Below, one piece after another: positions 51,661-64,000 of a stretch of DNA of 64,000 nt. Source of the DNA: Octopus sinensis. Its lineage: Eukaryota. How positions within the stretch are numbered: position 1 is the stretch's first letter; every line of letters starts with the position of its first letter. Under the pieces are notes generated by a model. It was not told where the DNA came from. It saw nothing but the letters and a program-made list of their open reading frames with translations, and ran no database searches. The translations under genes and the position numbers were made by a program. The DNA is taken from assembly GCF_006345805.1 (NCBI RefSeq), contig NC_042997.1, forward strand, positions 69,564,001 through 69,628,000. Direction: 5' to 3'.

Positions 51661-52432
51661 AAGTTCTGTTTGTGGTCTTTAAAAAAAAACCGAGATTGCC
51701 CGGGATTCAACGGTTCTGTCTTCATCTGTAATTCATAGGATTCCATAATTCCTTTAGCTTCTAGGTTAGCCTGCCTGAGAGCATTCATACCAGTGATCTT
51801 GTAGTTTGTATGGATCTCCTTTACCAGCAATTCCAAATAGTGGCTCTTGGTAAGCTTATAGAGGTCTCCAGTTTTATCAGATTGAACAAGGATGCAATCT
51901 ATGCTATTGATTTCCTTAGAGATGTTGTGAAGATATCTAAGATGTTTGTTTCTGAGGGGTGAACGGTGAAATTTTATATTCTTTACGAAGGACCACAGAT
52001 CATCCTCGAATTGCTTCAATCTAGGGTTGGGTGGAGGGCTGCCCTTCTATTTAAATAAATTTTTATACTCAAAGAAATATCATCACTAGTCTGTTGTAAG
52101 TCCTTATTGTCGAAGAAGAAGGTGAGCCATCTGATGCGGTTGATAAATGCATTGGTCTTATTGAAGAGTTCCTTAAGGAAAGAATTCTTTGGGGGAATAG
52201 GAATATCCTTAAGCGAAGCGTTGATATTAAACAACTCCATTTGCGGTAACGGTTATATTATCTTATATTATAAGATAATCTGTTGAAGTATATGTAAATG
52301 GATGAATGAATTATCCTTTGTTTACCGTTAACATGGAAAATTCAATAAACAGTTACCAGGGTAGCAAAATTCACGCAAGTAACAAGGATGTAGCGACCTA
52401 TTCAAAGGTAGAAACTCCGAGTTAATGTGCAG
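51655..52432 (-). mobile_element. Penelope-like element: 5' UTR and ORF N-terminus (inverted segment)
   Basis: MELFNINASLKDIPIPP...RIRWLTFFF (52016-52240) and FEDDLWSFVKNIKF...SDKTG...NLEAK...KDHKQNF (51655-52019), typical of the region preceding the PLE RT. Confidence 0.82.
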
Positions 52433-52445
52433 TATATATATATAT

Positions 52446-55100
<2,655 letters not shown>

Positions 55101-55327
55101 ATAACAACCGGATACCCACGGATGATCAACCGGATACCCACGGATAATACGAACTATACTTTACTAATCCCAAGGATACCGACTCTGATGTTAAAATCAT
55201 GTGATTTGTGGAAACGCGCGTAGTGGTCTAGGAATAGAAATAATGATCGTGAGTGCAACACCCTAAACCAAAATCGCGCTAGTGCATATTTGAGGAATAA
55301 CGACAAATGAATTTATATTAGATAATA

Positions 55328-55716
55328 TCTTTATATATAAAAGTAAGGTTGTGTGCTGTCTGTCTCCCACGATTTAGATTCCTAACTACTCCCACATTTT
55401 GCGGTGCAGTTTAACCAAAACCGGGTATCTTATAGTCGTGATTCATATCGAGCCCTTCTGGGTATTAGCGCGCGTCTACGGTGAGTCTACGATTTTAAAA
55501 AAAATTACCATCAATTTTTCCCATTTTTAATACATTTTTGGCATATATAAGGGAAGTAACTCTCTAAAAATTTATTATTAAATCTCAGAACGTAAAAAGC
55601 TACAGTAACACTTTGTGGTTAGCCATATTGAGATGGCTATTATACTTTACATCTCTAAAAATGCTTATATAGTTATTTCCCTTACAAACCCGAGCAACGC
55701 CGGGCGATACTGCTAG
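55328..55716 (+). mobile_element. Non-autonomous Helitron
   Basis: A|TCTTTATATATAAAAG start, hairpin CCCGAGCAACGCCGGG at 55689-55704 and CTAG|T at 55713-55717. Confidence 0.88.
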
Positions 55717-56167
55717 TACAATATAAATTCTTTCTTCATTGTAATTATCTTCGCTTCGTAGGCCAATCGCTTGATGGCAAGAAATATTCTTAAGAATGAA
55801 GAAATCTTCAGGATCAGTACACCATGAGGCGGTCAGTCTTCTGATACTCGGACCGTTTATTTTTTACCATAATTGCATGTTAGTTTTAGAGAATCCTTGA
55901 TTCTGGCGATTATCTTTCCTTTTCATTTCGTGTTAGTACCAATTGGCAATAGATTAGACGTTTTTTTTTTTCTGCTGATGACTATGATTGTGCTTCTAAT
56001 TAGAGCTGGTTGATTGATGAAGTTCTAATGAATATAGAATTTTTTTTTCACTTTCTGTGATGGTAGTATTTGCTTGTCATGAGATCTAGAGTGACATCCA
56101 GGAGGAGGAGATTAATTTAGTGGCAACATTTACACATAAACCGAAATATTTAACGCTGCTTATAAGA

Positions 56168-57414
56168 CACGGGGGTTGGACAAAATAATGGAAACACCTG
56201 GCATCATATCATCATAATTTTGAAATATCTATAAAATAGTCAAATGATTGTTTATTTTTATGGGTTTTTTTAATTTATTATTAGTGTTGCTTAATATGTT
56301 TTGCTAAAATTAATGTTTCTTTTCGGATATTATCAGAAAACGGTAATTAAGATTCATTAGAATGACAGATCTATCGAACTTTCAAAGAGGTCAAATTGTT
56401 GGTGCTTGTATGACAGGCACTTGCATAACGAAAGCAGCCGAAATGTTTTGTGTATCAAGAATTACTGTCTCGAAAGAAATGACAGCCTTTGCGAAAGGGA
56501 AAAACCTCGCCGAAACAAAACTCTGGAAGAAAACCAAAACTTTCAGATAGGAAACGTCAGACTCTTACGCGAATTGTCAGAAAGGATCACAAAAGTACAG
56601 CTCCCAAAATTACTGCAGATCTTAATGACCACCCCGAGAACCCAGTTTCCACAAAAAATATTCACCGGCAGCTGCACAAAGCCGGATTTCACGGGAGGGC
56701 TGCAATCAGAAAACCACTACTTTCAAAAACAAACGTTGCAAGGCGTTTACAGTCGAGAAAAAACCTACAGAATTGGTCCCTAGAGCAGTGGAAGAATGTT
56801 ATTTTCTTGGGCGAGTCATCGTTTACCCTATTTCCGACCACCGACCGAGTATACGCGTGGAGACAGCCAAAAGAAGTATTTGACCCAGACTGCCTTCTTC
56901 GAACATGGAGGAGGATATGTGATGATCTAGGGTGGGGGCTATATCTTGGAAATCCGCCGGCCTAATGTTTTCCCTTAATGGCAGAATTAATATTCAAAAC
57001 TATTTAAGCATTTTACCTGATCAAATTCATCCTATGGTTGCGGAAGTGTTTCCGGGGGGGGGGGGGGGGGGGCGCAATCTTTCAGCATGATAATGCAACA
57101 ATTCACACAGCGAAAGTTGTTACTGAATGGCACGAGGAACATTCTAGTGAAGTTGAAACATCTTATCTGGTCACCACAGTCCCTAGATCTCAATATCATT
57201 GAACATTTATGGTGCATTTTAGAAAAACAAATAAGGAGTCGATATCTTCCACCATCATCACTCCTGTAAATTCCTTTGGAAGCAATTCAGACTTTGTACG
57301 AGTCTATACCGCGTAGAATTCAAACTGTAATTACTGCCAAAGGCGCTCCTGCCCTATATTAAAATAAATGTGTTTGAAATTTTTAGCTGTATCTATTATT
57401 TTGTCCAACCCCTG
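56168..57414 (+). mobile_element. Tc1-like transposon, near full length, frameshifted (D,D36E-type spacing)
   Basis: TIRs GGGGTTGGACAAAATAAT and ATTATTTTGTCCAACCCCTG|TA. Protein pieces MTDLSNFQRGQIVG, SGRKPKLS, GFHGRAAIRKP, WKNVIFLGESSFTLF, FQHDNA and WSPQSLDLNIIEHLW. Confidence 0.92.
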
Positions 57415-57837
57415 TACATCTAGGGTGCCCAGGATAAATTAACCTGACACGATCAGCTACGTCGTAGCTCTTCATGGATACGTCACCCATTTCCTTTAAT
57501 ACCCAGTCCTAATTATGATGAAACAGAAGTGGCAGAATGATTCTGATATCCAGGTTGGCAATCTGTCGTAAAGGATTTTAATATGGAAATGTAAAAAATC
57601 ACGATATCAAATAGGATTATGTAATTTGCAGGCTGGTTTGTTCTTGTTGCCACAGAACTAGTTGATATCTGTAACATTGGAGTCTTATACAATCAAATTT
57701 ATGGCACTTCTGATATAAGAATTAAATGCGTTGACTATTAAAGAAGGCGGGGAGATTAGTCTCTTCAATGTTTGTGTTGTATGTGATGTTGATTTTCTTT
57801 TATATTACTTGAACTTGTATGATCACAAGGCCAGCAA

Positions 57838-57960
57838 TATTAGGGGAGAGGATAAATTGATTATATCAACTTTACTACTCAACTGGTACTTATATATCGA
57901 CCCCAAAGAGATGAAAAGCAAAATAGACCTTGACAGAATTTGAACTCAGAGCGTATAGAA
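57838..57960 (-). mobile_element. SINE family B fragment
   Basis: ACTGGTACTTATATATCGACCCC...GATGAAAAGCAAAATAGACC...GAATTTGAACTCAGA. Confidence 0.7.
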
Positions 57961-58559
57961 CCGGCGCAGTAAAGATATTGTCAGATCACCGCCTTCTTTT
58001 GACGACTTAATTTTAAAATGAAACTAACCATGTCTGCTACGAGATTTCCACACCTAGTTTATTCTATGTTCTGTTTCTAAACTCAGCACTTCAACATTCA
58101 CTAACTTCAAGTATTATACTTCTGAATGTTCCACCCTATTTTTAGCTAGATTTCCTTTTCCCTTCTTTATCGAGTTAGTTATCCTTGTCTCCCCCTCCTC
58201 TAATGCTCACAACATTCTATCTCATTCTTAATCTATCATTTGACTCCATTGTAAAACTCTCCTCTTCTTATGCACTCCTATTCCATTTTGTCACTTCCTC
58301 TTTCTTCATTTTGTCCAATTCCTCGCGTCTATCTTTAACTTACTCTTACTCCGTCACTTGTGTGTGTGTGTGTATGTGTGTGTGTGCGTGTATGTGCGCG
58401 CGTGGATGTGTGTGCGTGTGTGTGTGTGTGTGTGTATTCTTTATAATTTGGGTACAAGGCCAGATATTTATATGTATATATAATATACATACATATATAT
58501 ATGCACACATACATATATACATATACACACACGTGTATGTGTATATGAATATATATACT

Positions 58560-58971
58560 CTTTTACTCTTTCACTTTTTTCCATCATTTGACTGCGGTCA
58601 TGCTGGAGCACCGCCTTTTAGTCGAGCAAATCGACCCCATGACTTATTCTTTGTAAGCCTAGCACTTATTCTATCGGTCTCTATTTTGCCGAACCGCTTA
58701 GTTAAGGGGACGTAAACACACCAGCATCGGTTGTCAAACGATGTTGGGGGGACAAACAGACACATAAACACACACATACACACACACACACACACAAATA
58801 TATATACATATATACGACGGGATTCTTTCAGTTCCTGTCTAACAAATTCACTCATAAGGCTTTGGTCGGGCCGAAGCTATATTAGAAAACACTCGCCCAA
58901 GGTGCCACGCAGTGGGACTGAACCAAGTGGTTGGTAAACAAGCTACTCACCAAACATCCACTCCTGTACCT
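58560..58971 (-). mobile_element. SINE family A, full length
   Basis: Reverse complement of 5582-6004, with an internal (CA)n/(TA)n tract. Confidence 0.9.
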
Positions 58972-59419
58972 ATGTATATATATATATATGCATATATATA
59001 CATGTACATGTATGTGCGTGTGTATGTGTATATACATGTCTGTATGGGTGCATCTATGTATATGTGTAAACATGTTATACATAACTAATTGATTGTTTGA
59101 TGAAACATTCGGTTAATCAATCAGTCATTTGTGTTTGCTAAAATCTTTTCATCGCCATCCCCAACCTCTTCAGTGACATGATCACTCTACCACGGGTGAG
59201 CTTTAGAATGTTGGTGTTGAACTTTAATATAGAAGACAGTGTCCCTTCATGCTCCCGATATCGCTCCCACACCAGCATCCTTCATACAATAGTCAGCATC
59301 TTCTGTGGTAAGGCAAAACTCTATTATGATATTACAATACTTATACCGAGTATCTTTATCATTGTATCAGTTTCAGTCATAAGACTTCAGCCATGCTGAG
59401 GCATCGCCTAATGAATTTT

Positions 59420-59742
59420 AAATTGGTAGGATGGGGTTGACATAAACTCTTTTATTATTATCAGTTAAAGGGACCTACAATAGAAAATATAGGGCGCTAC
59501 AATGAGGTCTAGATGGGCATTAGGAGTACAGAAGGTAAAAATAGATATAATCAAAGTATAGTAAAGTATAGATATAATCAAAGTATTATTAATACATATT
59601 ACAATATATAGATTTTGCTATACTGTAATTATATCTATTTCCCCCTTTGTACTACTAATAACCATCCAGATCTCCTTGTAACGTCCTATATTTTCTACTG
59701 ATAATAATAAAACAGTTTATATTACCCCCACCCTACCAATTT
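59420..59742. mobile_element. Fold-back/MITE-like element with ~110-130-bp imperfect TIRs
   Basis: AAATTGGTAGGATGGGGTTGACATAAACTCTTTTATTATTATCAG at the left versus the reverse complement of the right end, AAATTGGTAGGGTGGGGGTAATATAAACTGTTTTATTATTATCAG. Similarity continues to AATAGATATAAT. Confidence 0.8.
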
Positions 59743-60649
59743 TTCTAGGCATTTACCACTATCTAAATGACTTTCTCTGAGATTTTTTTATGTGGTCAAG
59801 TGAATCTATGGCCATAGAGAATTAGGGTTTGGAAGAATATCTAACAATAGTAATTTATGACCAGCAACTAGAATTTAACTGTCAACTCCTAGTGTCTTGA
59901 TATTACCTGCATTAGATCTTTTAGTGGTGATACGAGGATAGATAAAAATTGTAGCTAAATTACCACTGTCATGACCCTCACTGCGTCTCCACATCTGCCA
60001 TGTTGTTTCTCTTTAAGCTTATTCTGCAACATTAGTAGAAGCATGGAATTCTTTCCATCTCTAGCTCTGATGACATATTTGCTAAAAATTATAATTGAAT
60101 ATCCTGACTGTTGGAAATTTGTATTTTGCAACTGAAGATGGCGCTGCATTTCAAATTGAAGTTAAGCTTGCGTTGTTCGATTAAATGAGCCCCCCTGAAA
60201 CGGCTGTATTTCATTAATACCTTGACATCCTTGTTATTTATTTGCTATATATATGTATGTGTATAGATACATATATAAGGTAGCGAATATTCTTAGAAAT
60301 ATCACCACCAGTGACCTAGCATGTATAAATAGTCAATAGACAACATATTTTCAATATAAAAAAGTGTACATTTAAACACAAAAGAAAACTACCTTTAACA
60401 GGTAATTTTACACGCTAGTAGAAGCAGTGCAAACGACCAAAACCACATATAATAGCAATTTTCGAAGGGAATGAAAAATAAAAACTTTTACCCTGTTATT
60501 TTTTGCGATTACAACTAGGTTTCAAATTTCTTTAGCAAATAAAATAATTTGCTAGGTGAATTCTCATCAGTAACCGTATCTTAACAACTAACTTATAATT
60601 CAGAGACAAATAACACGTGTTTCATCATTATATGTTATAAATTTTCAAA

Positions 60650-61318
60650 ATTTAGCGTGCAAGCGGCATTTCTCGACCGTATTGTAACTTGCGATAAAAA
60701 AAAATTGATTCTGTACAGAATGTTCTTCTCAGTGGTTGGACCAAAATGAAGCACCGAAAACCTTCCATAAATCCGAGCTCTTCAAAAAGAAGGTTATGGT
60801 GACTGTTTAGTGGTGTACTGTTGGACTCATCCACTATAACTTCTTAAAATACAGAAAAACTATTACTACAGAAACATATTGCGATGAAATTGTCAAAATA
60901 AGCGAAATCTGCTAACCCTCCGTCCCAGACTGATCAACAGTAGTGGGCCAGTCATTCTTCATGACAATACTCGATCACACGTTTCACTAATGACACTCCA
61001 GAAGTTGAGGGAACTTGGCTACGAGATTCTTCCCCACCCAGCTTATTCCTCAGACTTTTCTCCTACTCTCTACCACCTTTTCAAGTACCTTGATGGTTTC
61101 CTGCGAGAGAAGGACATCAAAAATCAAACCGATGCTGAAAGTGCACTCATCAGCTCCAGAACTCCAGATTTTTATGTTACCAGAATAAAAAAATTTGTAA
61201 CTCTTTGGCAAAAATGTATTGATTGTAATGGTACTTTGATGAATAAAATTTCCAGTGTTGAAATATATTATGATGAATTTCATGTTTCAAAACGTTGCTT
61301 ACTTTTTACTCAGCCTAA
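60650..61318 (+). mobile_element. Mariner (D,D34D-type) 3' fragment with catalytic domain
   Basis: FLDRIVTCD, KKKVMVTV*W, ILHDNTRSH, LPHPAYSSDFSPTLYHLF (third D replaced by L) and WQKCIDCNG. The right end is CAGCCTAA|TA. Confidence 0.88.
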
Positions 61319-61331
61319 TATATATTCTTTT

Positions 61332-61480
61332 TCTTGAAAAGTTTTTTGTCGAATGAATGAACTCCAAAATTTGTTTTGTTTTTTAAATCTAGTACTTATT
61401 CTATCGGTCTCTTTTTCCGAGCAGCCAAGCTGAGGGAACGTAAAGAAACCAACACTGGTTGTCAAGCGCTTGTGTTTCTG
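61332..61480 (-). mobile_element. SINE family A, 3' fragment
   Basis: CTAGTACTTATTCTATCGGTCTCTTTTTCCGA...ACGTAAAGAAACCAACACTGGTTGTCAAGCG. Confidence 0.8.
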
Positions 61481-61513
61481 TAAATGCCTGTCAGTCAGTC
61501 CATATGTATGGAC

Positions 61514-61597
<84 letters not shown>

Positions 61598-62019
61598 CAT
61601 GAATGTATGTATATACGATCACGCACAGGCACAGCTACAGAGATGCAAATATACATGCGTACATGTGTATGAAAATTTATATGTTACATATGGAACAAAA
61701 ACGCAATAAAGGACAATAAAACATTCGGACAGATAGACGATACAATGGCGAACAGGAGAAACAACAATTAGAAGGAGAGGCAAAAAAACCCGGGTCATTC
61801 GTGGCCTTGTTTCCTCACACAAGTTACCAGAAGTCCTGACTGTTTCGGGCAGTTACACTTGAGACAGTTCGATCTGGTCGCCTCCAAAAAAGTCTAAGCT
61901 AAGAGCATTATATTTTTTGTAAGAAAGCTAACGAATATGTACGGCAACAAAGACAAAAAATGGAGAACATGATACACAATTACAAATATAAACAAGAAGA
62001 ATATAACAGCAGGTATTAT

Positions 62020-62140
<121 letters not shown>

Positions 62141-64000
62141 AGAAATACAGACAGACAGACACAGAGGTACATACATACATTTGCTAGTCTATATTCTCCC
62201 CAATGCCTCTGAGTCTTATGTCTCAGCCTTTACCTCTGTGTCTGTCTAGCTCTCTCTCCCTCTCTCGCTCCCTTCCTCGTTGTCTGTTTTTATATTCATT
62301 CACCTCTTTAAATATCTTTTGTTTCCTATTTAGTCCACTTCCATTCTCAGTCCACATGGGTCATTGTCCCTTTTTCCTGTTCACCAAAAACGCCCTGTTC
62401 AACCTATTTTCCTGTTCCACTTCTCATATTAATCTCTAATTCATCTTATATTACTTTTCGTTTTTTTATATTTTTTCTTCTCTTCGTCCTTCTTCAAAAG
62501 CGTATCCGTTTCCGTGAATGGTCCACTTTGCTTATAATTCTGACATAGTGTTACATTGAGACAAAACTGAAGTGTTCTTGCCAAACAGGGTTCCTCTTAA
62601 TGCAAAGAGGCAGCTTCTTGAGCTGAACAGGGAATCACTATGCGGGCACTCAACTGCAAGAAATAACAGCCAGCCAGTTGAATCTCCATCAAATCAAACT
62701 CTATTATCTTAAAAATGAAAACAGGGATGTAGTCCTAGCTACACTTCACGTTAAAAAAAAATATGATAGTATCACATTTTGGGCGATTTTAGTAACATAC
62801 CTGCACCAGAGTCAAACAGCAAGCAACATGTGAAGTACTTACATGTCTTTTGCCTCATATCATGACCTCAATGTTTACATTGAAAAGCTACAGGAAAACA
62901 CCACGAAAACCTACGGTTATTAGGAGTGTGGAAATGCATATAACACACGTATGTACACTGATATATTCAGACTAGTGTACTAATGTCCTCATATTTACTG
63001 TTATAATCACAACTTTCGGACACTGTACTCTCGGCCCTTTTTCATGTAGAGTTATTTTTATTATGTTGCTCATCTTAAGGATATTTTCCTGCTTATTACT
63101 CTACTTGTGGTGTTGCTTGCTTGACCAGCTTATGCATATATTGTTTGACTGACTCAAGAATTGAACCTACTAGTGAAACTACTGCACCTAACACTTCAAT
63201 GGCTATGTTATGACAATCAATACCTAGGTTCCCTCTCTTATTCTTCAAAGGACAATTACGTAATTACAATGAGGAGCTTTAATCACAACTTCTTATGGTC
63301 GTAGGAGTAAAATTTAATATGTTACAGTTATGCCCTTCTTAACCGCATACATTAATAACTGTAGGATAGGGTAAGATCGAATGATTTACAGATACACTTC
63401 ATAATTATGCGGCTCAGAGTTCGAAAGTACTATCTGAAACTTGGCTTATCTCTAACTATGAAAGTAGGTAAACTGAAAATACTTGGAAGCTAATTTAATC
63501 AACTACAACAGTTATTAAAAGAGCCAACCATGTCAAATATTGTGTCATGCTGATCCTTGCTGAGGATTACGTTAAGAGCAAGCATGTGTATCAGTAGAAT
63601 ACTGAAGAACTTGGACACAAAGTAACCGAATAATTTAAGTATACTTCATAATTAGGAGATGCCCTATTTAATTTCATAGCGCAGCATCTGGAGGAAATAT
63701 ACTTTACTTTAACCTTGAGTTGATTCAAACCGTGTGAGAGAAATTAGGTAGATGGAAACTACGTTGAAGCCTGTTAGATGGTTTGTATTTGTAATTCAAA
63801 GCTCCAGCTTTTTCATACTATGTTACCCGCATTACGTTAAGTTTAAACAAGAATGTGCTGAGTTCAATCACTTAAACGCTAATTCGTTGTGCAGGTAATT
63901 CAGTTTATCGAACAAGTTGCTACTTAACTGGATTATTTAAACTCATTTTTTATAATTCAGTCTGTAAATATAGTTCTGTTGACCCAACATTTGGAACCTA

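Noticed and set aside
61833-61890. Minus-strand CCCGAAACAGTC hammerhead-like 3' half
   Set aside because: The core is not recognisable and stem I is unsupported; at best a very decayed relic.

Overview
AT-rich, repeat-saturated eukaryotic DNA, most likely an intergenic or intronic stretch of an octopus genome. That assignment is inferred from SINE families I recognise as octopus-type and from the extreme microsatellite density; it is not database-confirmed. I find no intact host gene, no rRNA or true tRNA gene and no CRISPR array, and almost all of the ORF track is translated microsatellite. Transposable-element remnants dominate. They include a Chapaev3-like transposase fragment, two maT/DD37D-like elements, two mariner fragments and a near-complete Tc1-like element with D36E-type spacing. 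There is also a Helitron with both termini, two non-autonomous Helitrons, Tx1/L1-like LINE pieces, faint RTE remnants, a Penelope-like element (PLE) with its 5' part inverted, and about 17 tRNA-derived SINE copies. The most structured region is 31.4-36.1 kb, a same-strand stack of four R4/Dong-like 3' ends and two copies of a non-coding ~550-bp retroposon, separated only by trinucleotide tracts. Other highlights are a relic hammerhead ribozyme, a Helitron 3' end that is palindromic with CTAG on both strands, and several fold-back structures beside microsatellites. Coordinates were counted by hand and fragment edges are approximate (about 10-30 nt). Family names come from motif recognition, not from searches.
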